Below the pieces are notes generated by a model. That model was given only the letters and a program-made list of their open reading frames with translations, was not told where the DNA came from and ran no database searches. Positions 12,537 to 25,487 of a stretch of 64,000 bases of DNA are shown here, piece after piece (positions within the stretch are counted from its first letter, which is position 1; every line of letters begins with the position of its first letter). The stretch spans positions 27,778,001 to 27,842,000 of the forward strand of contig CM059433.1 of NCBI GenBank assembly GCA_030390025.1, in the 5' to 3' direction. This stretch comes from Squalus acanthias (Eukaryota). The position numbers and the translations under genes are program-made.

Positions 12537-13479
12537 GGTGTAGCTTTTTTTAAAAAAAGTATGCAGTTTCTCCCAGTTTCAAAAAAAAAAATCCTTGCAC
12601 AATTTTAAAGGTAGCCAAATGAAATTCAATTCCACAACAAACATTAAACTCCCAGTTAAAGCATGTGAACACTGGTTGCTGGATTGCAAAGTGTTTTATC
12701 GGCAGTTAATAAAAAATATATAAATTTCATGCATCGAGACTGCATTTTAAGGTGATTTTTTTTTTAATCCAGTGCAATCGCGACTGTTTAAATTTACCCG
12801 ATTGTAATCCGGTGCAAAAAGGAAAAATCAATTCTGTAAATAAAGTGCAGAGACCTCGCTCAGTCAGGATTGGCAGTGTTAAAAACAGATCAGCAAGTTC
12901 ACAAGGTCTTTCAGTCTGAAAATCCCTGGCATTTTTTTTTCTCTCTCTCTCTTTCAACCCCCGCCCCTCTACCCTCAATTCTGTTTAGCAGCAACAAGGC
13001 ATGGACGGAGGGGACTGTAAATTCAGCTGCTCCATCACAGCAACCTCTCAGAGGAAGGAATGCTTCAGCTCTCCGCACAATAGCTCTGGCGATGGCTCAC
13101 TGATTACGCTCAGCAAGCAAGACAATTCACAGTGACAAAAAGGAGAGACGCTCCTCGGACAACACCAGCGGTATATTCATCTAGTTCGTGTTCAAAACCG
13201 AACATCCGAGTTGGAGGAAGACGGTCGGATAAATCAAGCCAGTTTAAAAAAAAAACCACATTTTCTGTTGAAGTCACAGAGACGCATAAAAATACCAACT
13301 TTCGTTTTTCTCTTGGCAGAAATCGTAGCTATTCTGTCTCCTGTAGTTATTTGGCGAGTGGCTTCTCTCTCTCATCCCAAGACTCGGTACTGCAGCCTTC
13401 CCATAGTTTAGAGGCGGGCTCTGCTCACTCCAGTCACCTTATGCACTCAGCGCCAACATCTCAAAACAAACACTGCTCC

Positions 13480-14250
13480 TTTTCACAGCGCAAGCCTTTA
13501 TATTGCTCATTGTACAGGGAAAAGTTTCAGCCGTGCAACTTCGCGACCAGTCGCTGAGACTAGAGTTTGCAGTCGAGTGCAAAACTGTCCTCATCCTCAA
13601 ACAGAAAGGGATGTGTTTCGGGCACAGACGCCGTGGAGAAACATTTTGTTGTTCAGCTCCTGGGAACTTGCGGTCAGCGATGGCCCGCGGCCTCGGGAGA
13701 GGGCAACATCGGAGCAGGAGGCTTTTAAAAGGCTGCAACAAAAAAAAGAGCAGGCGTGTGCGCCGTCCGGAGCGGATGAAGGAGCTCTCCAGCCTCCCTC
13801 TTCCCCGGAGCCGGCAGTTCAGGGCGAGTGCCGCCCCTTTCTCACTCTGCAGCCAGCATCTGCTGCTCGCCCATTCGTGCACCGCCTCAGCCCCCCCGCA
13901 GCCTCTGCTGTCCCCACACCGCCAACCTGCCGCTTCCTTCAGTGTCTGTCTGTGTGTGTGTCTCACTCTCGCCATTTGTTCGGTTTCCAAGCAAGGCGGA
14001 ACTACTTCAGATCAAAGCTGGTGAATTGAGAGCTCGGATCCCCACCCCACCACCACCACCCCTCTGACCCGCTCTGGTGATTTAACCGAATCCAGCCCAA
14101 GATTTCACCCTCACCCTCACCCTGGGAATTAAAGCCTGGGGGCGGGGGCGGGATTCTGACCTTGGGTGACAGTGTAGGTCGGGCGATACATCTCTCCCAT
14201 CAATTGAAATAAAAATGGGGAGAGATGTCGAACGGACGGATGATTCGATA
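13480..14250 (-). promoter_or_regulatory. CpG/GC-rich region, candidate internal promoter and 5' UTR for the KIAA0754-like exon
   Basis: Visibly high CpG density, no recognisable repeat, GGGGCGGGGGCGGG box near 14138-14152, about 1 kb upstream of the ATG at 12536. Confidence 0.55.
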
Positions 14251-15077
14251 TTGTTCGATCCACACAATCGCCCAAAGTCAACATTAGCCCCAGAGAGTCA
14301 CAAAATTATACAGCACAGAAGGAGGCCACTCAACCCATCATTCCTATACCAGCTCTTTGAAAGAGCTGTCCAATTAATCCCACTCCCAATGCTCGTTTCC
14401 CATAGCCCTGCAAATTTTTCCTTTTCAAGTATTTATCTAATACCCATTTGAAAATTATTATTGAATCTGAACAGGACTAAAAAGACAACAGTGAAACCTA
14501 CGGTGACTTAAAAATACTATTTTCTGAGGGGAGGGGGAATGAGAGAGAGAGAGAGAGAGAGATAATGGAAGGAATCTTTGTCCTTAAATTCACAAAGGCT
14601 GCTTTCTCGGCACAGTAAAAGTGCAACAAGACAACACAGCACTACTCATGAGTTAACTCTGACTAGAAGAACCTGATTTCCAACAGGTGACAAGCAACAT
14701 CATACTGATCTGTCGGCACTTGAAACAACCGTTCCAATTTCATGGGCAGTTAACATTTGCTTTGAACAGCACCTCCACTCCCAACGCTGGATTTGTGAAG
14801 CAGGGGGTTGGTTGTTGGCCAGGGGTCCTTTCTGCCCTCAAGTCATGCAGCTTTCACTGTGCTGCTGCTCCCAGCACCTGTGCCCGGCTCGTTAAACATA
14901 GCCAGTAATGTCTACACGCGGCTCTGAGGTGGTCACGTTTAATTAGCTTCAAGACACTCCTGCTGTCGCAAAAATACAACCATTTGTGTGAGGCCACTCA
15001 GTTCCTGACATTACACACAGTTACAATTTCCACACAGTGAGGCAACTTCAGAATAGGAAAAAAAAAACAATCTTTCT

Positions 15078-15600
15078 AAATCACTGGTTAGGCCCCAGCT
15101 GGAATATTGTGTCCAATTCTGGGCCCACACTTCAGGAAGGATGTCAAGGCCTTGGAGAGGGTGCAGAGGTGATTTACTAGAATGGTACCAGGGATGAGCG
15201 ACTTCACTTATATGGAGAGACTGGAGAAGCTGGGATTGTTCTCTTGAGAGCAGAGAAGGTTAAGGGAAGATTTGATAGAGGTGTTCAAAATTATATGGTA
15301 TTTTGATAGAGTAAATAAGGAGAAACTATTTCCACTGGCAGAAGGGTCAGTAACCAGAGGACACAAATTTAAGATAACTGGCAAAAGAACTGGAGGGGGA
15401 GATGAGGAAGATTTATTTTACGCAGCGAGTTAGGATGATCTGGAATGCATTGCCTGAAAGGGCAGTGGAAGCAGATTCAGTAGTAACTTTCGAAAGGGAT
15501 TTGGAAAAACTGGGGGAAAGCGCAGGGGAGTGGGACGAGTTGGGCTCTTTCAAAGAGCCAACACAGGCACGATGGGCCGAATGGCCTTCTGTGCTGTATG
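15078..15600 (+). mobile_element. CR1 LINE 3' fragment
   Basis: [11 protein letters not shown]...LERVQR-type coding relic followed by CR1 3' UTR. Confidence 0.8.
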
Positions 15601-17727
15601 ATGCTTCTCACCTCCACTGCTGAGGGCACAGGAGTCAAGTTTAAACTTCGGTGTGGAGTGTAAAACCACCAATATTAGATCGGCTGCCCATTACACACTC
15701 CGCCCATGCGGAAGGGAAGATCAAGCGGGATTGTAGAACGAGCAGCTGACTCCAACTGCCAGTTTTACATCCCCCACCCCCCACTAAAGTTTAAAGATGC
15801 CCCCACAGACCCTTGCTGAGTATAGTTCCACAGCTGCATTCTGGAACATTCTCTTAGTGGCCATGCTTTTATTTGTGAGTCTAGTTGCCGAAGTTTGGCA
15901 GGCTATTCCTCTATGGGAGGAATCACACCTGAGCCCTGTATCATTCTCCAGTATTGGCAATGTAGTGATCATTGGTACCTGACTAACAACCCAGAGGCCG
16001 TGAGCTGAAAATCCCACCATGACAAGTTGTGAAATTGGATTCATAAATCTGGTAATTTGTGGGCTAGCAGCAGGTAATGCAATCTCAAAATCTGACGAAT
16101 TGTTGCAAAAACCCAACTGTTACACTCTTTCTTTCCACCGAAGGGAACCTGACAGCCCTACCCGGTCTTGGCTACCTGGGAGTGACTTTAGTCCCTCACT
16201 ATGTGGTTAACTCTTGATGCCCTCTGAAATGGCCAAGCAAGCCACAAATGCCTACTGAACAAAATGGCCGACCAGCACCGTCTAAAGATAACCAGCGATG
16301 GGCAAAAAGCGCATCAGCGCCCACATTCCACAAACCAATTAAAAAAAATAAAACAACCACACGCACTGTCCCCCAGAAAACAGGACAGCAATGGTTGATT
16401 CTTCTCCTCCTAAGCCCAGGTGGCACCAAGGCCAAGTGTTGCACTCCCATCATCGCCCTGACTGAGGTAAGCTAACTCAGCAGTAACGAGAGATTGAACT
16501 CGTACCACCCCCCAGACAGAATAGCTCAGGTCACACTCGGTGAGCAACACACTCGCTAACACAGACATCGGGGGGAAAGAAGAGAATCAGTTCCAAACAC
16601 AGTGTACAATCTCATCTTCCACTGTTCAAATAAAATGATTCACATGCTGCTGAGGAGAGGAATAAATGGTGCATTTAATGAAAAATATCAACCTTAACTG
16701 TGGTTGTGTGTGTAATCTAAAGTATCTGAAATCTAACTTGACTCGTTAATCCATCTCATTAAAATAAAGTCCCCTGATGCAGGACTCTCACTGGCCCTTT
16801 AAAAAGGCAGAGTTAATTCTCCTTTATGGTCCAAACAACTTCACGTTTTTCTCCAAACCAAAAATGGTGCATCAGTAACACTTCATAGCTTTTAAATTTA
16901 TACGCAAGTTTCTATAACCTTGTAAGATATTAATTCCTCAAACTCTGCATTTACTTTAATGTCAAGTGAGCAAATAGTCACACATCATAATCTGATCATT
17001 CCTCCATACCTCAGCAACAATAAAAACTCTTTTTTTTAAAAAAAGTTTAAAAGCATTACAGGGCTGTAGTTACAGCCCCAATAATAATTAGACTGAAAAG
17101 CTCTAAAGACAGACAAAACCAATTAAGGACTTTGTAACCAGTGTCTGAGAGAACGGAGGCCAAAGTAATGCAATAAATCAACACAACGCTAAATCCTCAG
17201 CAAGATTAAGTCATTATTAAAAATACCCCAGGCTCCAGACATCAGAGTGGGAAAGAAATCTTTATTTCACACTGGTTGTCCAATCGCAGCTGCCTGGGGG
17301 TGGAGGGGGAGGTGGTGGGGAGGGGGGGGGGGGGCGATAATGACAAACTGCCTCCTGAGCTCCATTTCAAAAAAATGTTAAAACAAACACACAGGGAAAA
17401 TTTTCCGAACAATTACTGCAAACCCCAGTCAAAGAGAGAAATGGCACCAAAGGAAGCGGAGATAAGCAAATCACAATTGAAAGGAAGATAGTGCTGAACA
17501 AACTTTAGCTCAAGGGCTTTCTCTATCCCATCTAAAAAGGTGCTGCACTGCATCTGTTTCCTGTCGAGTGGCTCTACCTTGAAACAGTTAAATCTCAGTG
17601 AGACTCCAACACACATGGGATTTGACAAATGTCAAGGTTGAGTTTCAAGTCTGTGGAAATAAAAGGCATTTCACAAACATTCAGTCTGTAGCCAGGTAGT
17701 GACTCTATCCTGTGGAGGTTATTAAAA

Positions 17728-18160
17728 AAAACATTGCATTCATATAGCGCCTCTCAGGATATCCCAAAGCACCTTACAGCCAATTAAGTACTTTTGAAAT
17801 GCAGGAAATGTAGGAAACATGGCAGCCAATTTGCGCACAGCAAGATCCCACAAACAGCAATAAGATAATGACCAGATAATCAGGTTTTTTTTTTAAGCGA
17901 TGTTGATTGAGGGATAAATATTGGCCAGTGGGGAGAACTCCCCTGATCTTCTTCAGAATGGTGCTATGGGATCTTTTACGTCCACCTGAGAGGGCAGTCG
18001 GGGCCTCGGTTTAACGTCTCATCCAAAGGACGGCACCTCCAACAGTGCAGCACTCCCTCAGTACTGTACTGCGAGCGTCAGCCTGGATTATGGGCTCAAA
18101 TCTCTGGAGCGGGGCTTGAACCCACGAACCTACTGACAGGCGAGAGTGCTACTCACTGAT
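17728..18160 (-). mobile_element. SacSINE1/DeuSINE-like SINE
   Basis: Reverse complement of the Deu-domain core CAGTACTGAGGGAGTGCTGCACTGT...AAACCGAGGCCC with an L2-like tail. Confidence 0.8.
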
Positions 18161-20720
18161 CAAGGGATAGCTCTCTTCCTTTTCAGAGCATGCATCTGAA
18201 GAATGATAGTAGCGCAGGTGAAATAGTGGTAGGTATAGAAACTAGCACTAGTGCTGCACTGGAGTACGAGCCTAGACTGTGCGCTCAAGGCTCTGGTTAT
18301 CATTTGCAGCAACACACAAAAAAAATCAAACAACTCTTTTTCAGTTTATTTAGTGCAATTACGTTGTGACTTAAAGAACGGGAAATATGTGCATGAGCGC
18401 GCTCCGGTCTTGATGACTTAAACGTGCTAATCTTCATAATCACAATCAGTGCTGACTACCGGGGAAAAAAAAACAATTGAAACGGTTTCCAATTGCAATC
18501 CGGTGAAGCAGCCCTTCACTTAATTGCATTGTACCAAAGACCAGGAAATGTGAACCGCTTAGCACAAAACATTTTCTGGGCACGTATGGTACTACTTCAG
18601 TTATTCACAAATCGCATCTGTTTTCTATACACGTGTTACGGATGCAATGGAACAGATGCCAGATCCCACCGGTTATGGCAAAGCTCGACCTCAGCTACTG
18701 ATTTTCATATTGCATTTTATAATAGATTCCCCATGTAGGGTTCACAGTGAACTCGTTTCCCTCCCGCCCACCCCCCCCCCATCCCCCCACCCCCAACAAA
18801 ATACATCCCTTGACATGAATATAATGGAGTAACTCATTCCTCGAAAGTCTCCACTTCCTTTCATTACTATTAATGATCAAACATAAAAAATAATAGAGGA
18901 GCAGAAGTAGGCCATACGGCCCCTCGAGCCTGCTCTGCCATTCAGTAAGATCATGGCTGATCTTCTACCTCAACTCCACTTTCCCACCCTATCACCATAT
19001 CCCTTGGTTCCCTTAGTGTCCAAACATAATGAGCCGGATCACTATCTACCATACAATCAAGTTCTGTGCAAACTGTACAACCGGAGTTGTGTAGGAGTGT
19101 TGGATTCAAGCCTGTAATATCACCTTAGGATTTAGATATTTTTTCTCCACTCCCCTCTATGCCCTGCTCTGAATTTACTCTTTCTCGTCCTCTCGTCTTC
19201 TGAAAGTTCTAAATCTTGGTCAACACAGTCCCATGGACAACAGAAAATCTCCAGATCCTCTCCCAAGCCATCATATGTCACTGTGGACTCACAACTGGAG
19301 CCTCACTTGATCTGTACACATGAGCATTTTCAAGCAGGTGTCACTGGATGACCTCTGGTTCCCAAAGCTCTCCACCACTGGGGTTTTCCTCACCTCATGT
19401 CTGGGTCTGTTGTAGACTAATTGAGAGAGATTGATTGTTCTCATTCATCCACAACTCCATTATTGTTGCAGCATACGACTACCAGGATGGTAGCATGAAA
19501 ATTAGATGGACCTTGGTCTTTTTTTGTACAACAATTCCTGTGTTTCTAAGGTGATCAGGCAATCTGACTGATGTTCCCCCTCCCGAGCCCAGAGGCACCG
19601 ACTCCAACTGTAGGGCACTTAACACCAACCTGACTGAGATTCACCAGCTCAGCATGACCTTTATGGTCCTCTCCTTGATGGTCCCTTCCTGGTCTATTGG
19701 GCTCAACACCAAACTATGTGGTGCATGTAACCACTAAATCATTGGGAAGAACTTTGACAGTATTATAAACTGCTCTTGTTTCACTCAGTTTATACCCTCA
19801 GAATTCCTAGTTAAATTACAGCCTTGTAACACGTTACAGCACATGTGCGACACGTAATTTTCAAGTACAGAGGTTAGGACGCATAAATTGGCCGATCGAG
19901 TATTTTGTTCGTACACAAAGGTTTTGCCAACTGATGAAAGAGAAAGACGATCCCATGCTAGGGGACCTATCTTGGAACATACTACACAGTCTCATGTTGC
20001 ACACTATAAATCACTTTTATTGACCGGGTCTTACTAAGTCTCCACCACTATCTGTGCAACCCTCTGGGGAAAAAAACAAACTCCCAAATCATGTTTGTTT
20101 TCACAAGGCACCCCTGTGCCAAAATCTCCCCCTCTGTTCCTTTCAGAAGGTGCACTGCCAGGATTTCTCTTCAACAAGACTTCTCATCCACTGATATGAA
20201 TGTGGCTGCTGCTGCAGTCTAAGGGTGAAAAAGATTTCCCCACTTGTTTATAGTAGCACAGGAACAGGAGGAGGACATTCAGCCCCTCGAGACTGTTGCA
20301 ACATTCAATTAGATCATGGTCGATCTGTACCTCAACCCCATTTACCCGCCTTTGACCCATATCCCTTGATGCCCTTATCCAACAAAAATCTATCAAGCTT
20401 AATCTTGAAAGATCCAATTGTCCCAGAATCAACAGCCTTTTGGGGAGAGAGAGTTCCAGATTTCCACCACCCTCTGTGGAAAAAGTGCTTCCTGATTTCC
20501 CTGAATGGTCCAGCTCTAATTTTAAGATTACAGTGAGATTCTTTCTTTGGAACATATCCCCCCCAACGTTGCTGCTTTAAAACTGGTCAAAGCAGCCACG
20601 ACAGAGCAGTGAGGAACATCTCTCCGCATCTCTCCAGTTAAAGCGGTTCAGGATGAAACATGAAAGCTTCCCCAGTTCCCTGGTGACATCCGTGGGTAAC
20701 ATTATCATCTCTGAGTCAGA

Positions 20721-22585
20721 GGGGGGAATTTTAACCTAAAAAAACCACGGGTGGGTTGGGGGCGTGTGGGTAGTTGAAGTGTTAAAAAATCAGAAGCCTG
20801 ACCTGAACCTGCCCACTTCCGCTTTTAACTGAGGTGGGACGGGGGGTGGGCAGCCAATCCGCTGCCAGGAGGCGGGTCATCTATTTAAATATTATAATGA
20901 GGTTGGAAGCCTCTGCTTTAACCTCCATTTTGAATTTAACTTTAGCTGGTCGGGTTTTGCACGCCTCGTGAAACCCGCCAGCTAATGCAAGGCGAGTACT
21001 GCTGGATCCAGAAGGGAAGTGCCTTTACACTTACCTCCTGAATCCAGAGTCCGCATCTAACCCAGCTCCTGTGATCGGAGACCCCCCTGGCCTCCGATCC
21101 CCCAACGAGACCACCCCACCCAATGGCCCTCCACCCCTCCCCATGCTGTTCCCAGCCCACGATCCTTCAGGATCGGACAAAGTCAACATGGATTTACAAA
21201 AGGTAAATCATGCTTGACTAATCTACTGGAATTTTTTGAGGATGTAACTGGTAGAATAGATAAGGGAGAACCAGTGGATGTGGTGTATTTGGACTTTCAG
21301 AAGGCTTTCGATAAGGTCCCGCATAAGAGATTAGCGTGCAAAGTTAAAGCACACGGGATTGGGGTAAGGTATTGTCTTGGATAGAAAACTGGTTGGCAGA
21401 CAGGAAGCAAAGAGTTGGAATAAATGGGTCTTTTTACGAGTGGCAGGCAGTGACTAGTGGGGTACCGCAGGGATCGGTGCTAGGACCCCAGCTATTCACA
21501 ATATATATAAATGATCTAGACAAGGGAACTAGATGTAATATCTCCAAGTTTGCAGACGACACAAAGCTGGGTGGGCGTGTGTGCTGTGAGGAGGATGCCG
21601 AGAAACTCCAGTATGATTTGGACAGGTTGGGTGATTGGGCAGATGCATGGCAGATGCAGTATAATGTGGATGAATGCGAGGTTATCCACTTTGGTGGCAA
21701 AAACAGGAAGACAGATTATCTGGACGGCAATAGATTGCGAAAAGGGGAAGTGCAACGAGACCTGGGTGTCCTTGTGCACCAGTCGCTGAAGGTAAGCATG
21801 CAAGTGCAGCAGGCGGTTAAGAAGGTAAATGATATGTTGGCCTTCATAGCGAGAGGATTCGAGTACAGGAGCAAGGATGTCTTGCTGCAGTTGTACAGGG
21901 CCTTGGTGAGACCACACCTTGAGTATTGTGTGCAGTTTTGGTCGCCTTATCTGAGGAAGGATGTTCTTGCCATGGAGGGAGTGCAGCGAAGATTCACCAG
22001 ACTGATACCTGGGATGGCAGGAATGACGTATGAAGAGAGATTGGGTCGATTAGGCTTATATTCGCTAGAGTTTAGAAGAATGAGAGGGGATCTCATTGAA
22101 ACTTATAAAATTCTAACAGGACTAGACAGACTAGATGCAGGAAGGATGTTCCCGATGGCGGGGGAGTCCAGAACCAGGGGTCACAGTCTAAGGATAAGGG
22201 GTAAGCCATTTAGGACTGAGATGAGGAGGAATTTCTTCACCCAGAGAGTGGTGAACCTGTGGAATTCTCTACCACAGAAGGCAGTTGAGGCCAATTCATT
22301 AAATATATTCAAGAAGGAGTTAGATATATTTCTCAAGGCTAAAGGGATATGGGGAGAAAGCAGGGACAGGGTACTGAATTTGGATGATCAGCCATGATCT
22401 CATTGAATGGCGGAGCAGGCTCGAGTAGCCGAATGGCCTACTCCTGCTCCTATCTTCTATGTTTCTATGTTTCAGACCACTCCCCACCCCAGTGCTGCTC
22501 CCGGTCCCCGATCTTCTTCAGACGACCACCCCCCACCCCACCCCACCCCACCCCCCTGGCCGCCTTTGCCATTAAAATTCAACCC
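20721..22585. mobile_element. PIF/Harbinger-like non-autonomous element, interrupted by a CR1 and inserted in a SacSINE1-like SINE
   Basis: TIRs GGGGGGAATTTTAA / TTAAAATTCAACCC; 3-bp TSD AGA (20718-20720, 22586-22588). Confidence 0.8.
21168..22472 (+). mobile_element. Young 5'-truncated CR1 LINE with open RT C-terminal ORF (21372..22397)
   Basis: GVPQGSVLGP and FADDTKL motifs; (TTCTATGT)n tail. Confidence 0.92.
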
Positions 22586-22980
22586 AGAAGGTCGTGGGTT
22601 CAAGTCCCACTCCAGAGCCTTGCGCACATAATCCAGACTGACACTCCCAGTGCACTACTGGGAGAGTGCTGCACTGTCGGTGGTGCAGTCTTTCAAATGA
22701 GGCATTAAATCGAGGCCTCGTCTGCAATTTCGGGTGGATGCAATATTCAAAAAGTAGCAGGGGAGTTCCCCCCAGTGTACTGGTCAATATTTATCCATCA
22801 ACCAACTTTTAAACAGATTATCTCATTGCTGTTTGTATGAGCTTGCTGGGCGCAAATTATCTGCCACGTTTCCTACATTACAACAATGACTACACTTCAA
22901 AAAATGTACTTAATTGGCTGTAAAGTGCTATGGGACATCCTGAGGTCATGAAAGAAGCTATAGGAAATGCAAGTTCTTTC
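22586..22980 (+). mobile_element. SacSINE1/DeuSINE-like SINE body (its head lies at about 20690-20720)
   Basis: AGAAGGTCGTGGGTTCAAGTCCCACTCCAGAG, Deu core and tail. Confidence 0.8.
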
Positions 22981-23904
22981 TCTGTAAATATTAAACCGTG
23001 GATCAAATGACCATATCAGCTCATGAATGCAAAGCGCAGAACAAAAACGTTGGTAGCTTTCATAGTGTAAAAAGTTAAAATGCATTGAGAATACTGGAGG
23101 CTGAGCATAAAAAGGAGTCTTCAGAGGCGAGGCCCTTGTTTGAGATCATTAGTCACTAAGTACTCAACGCGAATCAAGTTATACACCACACCAGAACAAA
23201 CCACCATGATCTCATCTACAATCTGCATTAGTCCACAGATTCTGAACTGTGCTAAAGGTAAACCTGATGGGAAGAAAAGTTTCTCTGAAGTATTGAAGAA
23301 TTCAGTAAAATGTTTTAAATGTATAATTAATATGAGAAACACACCATGAGAGAAATATTGGACCAATTAAAATCTGATTTCACATCTGAACCAATCGTGT
23401 CTGTTCATTAATGCGCTCAGATGCACCTTCTAAAGTGCATTCATCAGGAGTTAAAAATAAATTTAAAAAATCATATCTAACTTTCTAATAAAAGCAACAG
23501 GATATGGAAATTATGGCAACATTAGCCTCTGATCTTAGAGGAAGCAACAACCTTTGGCGATCTCCCTCCGTTACTTTTAAAGTTTTCATCCTGTTGCCCT
23601 TGTTCTCAGCTCCTTTCTAACAAATATCCTGTTTTAAGGACAAGTCATTTTTAACATCCATGCTCCGTAGAATTTTTTTTTTTTACTGTTTATTCAAACA
23701 TTTGAATTTCAGGAGGCAAGAATGCAGAAAAGCAGCGGAACCAAAAGAGGAACAGAAGGATTTAAAATGAGGAGGAACCAAAGAGTAAAGAATAAAGCAC
23801 AGGAGGATATAAAAATATATCATAACTTGTTGGAAAGAAAGACAAAGTAGAATTGGAAGAAAAAAAGTCAGGGACACCATACAGCGCGCACACATACAAT
23901 TTGC

Positions 23905-25110
23905 AACCTCTGAATCAGAAGGTTGCGGGTTCAAGCCCCACTGCAGAGACTTTAGCACTTAATTCAGGCTGACAGTCCAGTGCAGCGCTGAGGGAGTGCT
24001 GCACTGTTGAAGGTGCCGTATTTTGGATGAGCCGTTAAAACTGAGGCCCCGTCTGCTCTCTCAGGTTGACGTAAAAGATCCCGTGGCACTGGCCTAGAAA
24101 TTCGGGTGGCCGGCTTGCCGCGGGGGTAAGGATCGCGCGCGCTCTTACCTACCGCGCCTGCCGTTGTGTTTCGGGCCCACAGGAACTTCGGGTCCTGGGC
24201 CTCTCCCTAGTGCCGGCGCGCAGCGCTTGCGTGTCCCAGGGGCGCAGTTAGTGCGATGCGACTCCTGGGATCACGTGGGCCATGGAGAGCCAATGGCAGC
24301 AGACCATCTTTCATTCATAGATTTGACAGGAGACCTGTCAAATCTGTGAATTGAAATCGGCCCCAAAAGAACAGCTAAACCTCAAATAAATTTTTTTTTA
24401 AAATCACATTAATAAAATAACTATAGTTAAATAAATTAACCACTTTAAACAAAAATTAAAATTTTTGAAAAAATTTAAATTCTTTTTAAAAGTTATAAAA
24501 ATAAACTTACCTTTCTTTAAAGTCTCTAAAAAAGATAAACCTGTTGAAAAAAATTAAAAATTGTACTTAATTAACTACTTACCTTGTTCAAAAGGAGTCT
24601 TACGCCTCCTTTTTACTTGTGTAGAATCTTCAATACTTACCCTCGCGTTGAAACCTGAAAAAAAAACCTAAGTGTGCTGCGTGTGCGCAGCCTCTAGTGC
24701 GCACGCAGTTCACCTAGGAACCGCCCCCTTCGCCATACCGGAAGTGCCGGTTTCCCGCGCATGCGCAGTGCATGCAGGAAACCGGCACTTCGGGAACGAA
24801 TACGGGTGAGTACACAGTGCGTACTCTCCCGTATTCGGCCGAATTTTTGGGCCACTATTTCAAAGAAGAGTAAGGGAATTATCCCCAGTGTCCTGGCCAA
24901 TTTTTTTCCCACAACCAACATCACTAAAAAAAAACCAGATTATCTGGTCATTATCACGTTGCTGTTTGTGGGAGCTTGCTGTGAGCAAATTGGCTGCCGC
25001 GTTTCCTACAACACAACAGTGACTAAACTTCAAAAGTACTAATTGGCCATAAAGCGCTTTGGGAGGCCCTGAGGTTGTGAAAGGCTCTATATAAATGCAA
25101 GTCTTTCTTT
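23905..25110 (+). mobile_element. SacSINE1/DeuSINE-like SINE split by a MITE
   Basis: SINE sequence GATCCCGTGGCACT|ATTTC is continuous across 24091-24853. Confidence 0.8.
24091..24853. mobile_element. PIF/Harbinger-like MITE (763 bp)
   Basis: TIRs GGCCTAGAAATTCGG / CCGAATTTTTGGGCC; 3-bp TSD ACT (24088-24090, 24854-24856); CpG-rich ends and AT-rich centre. Confidence 0.82.
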
Positions 25111-25487
25111 ATTTGATATGAAAGATTAGAGTTTTATATTTACTGCTTTTATAAATTGCCCTTGATAGACATCAAAGAAAAATAAGTGTAATAAAATAAA
25201 AAGGGAAGATGAGGAGAACTTGTTTTATTCAACAAGTTATGATGATCTGCAATTCACTGCCTGAAAGGGTGGTGGAAGCAGATTCAATAGTAACTTTCGA
25301 AAGGGAATCAGATATGGGTACGGTACAGTAGCATAGTAGTTATGTTACTGAACTAGTAAACCAGAGACCTGGACTCATGATCCAGAGACACGGGGGAATT
25401 TAAACTCAATTAATTCAATAAAAATCTAGAATGAAAAGCTAGTATCAGTAATGGTGACCATGAAACTGCCATGAAAATTGTTGTAAA

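Noticed and set aside
13132..14067. Overlapping 140-180-aa ORFs on both strands
   Set aside because: Expected in GC-rich promoter sequence; no recognisable domain
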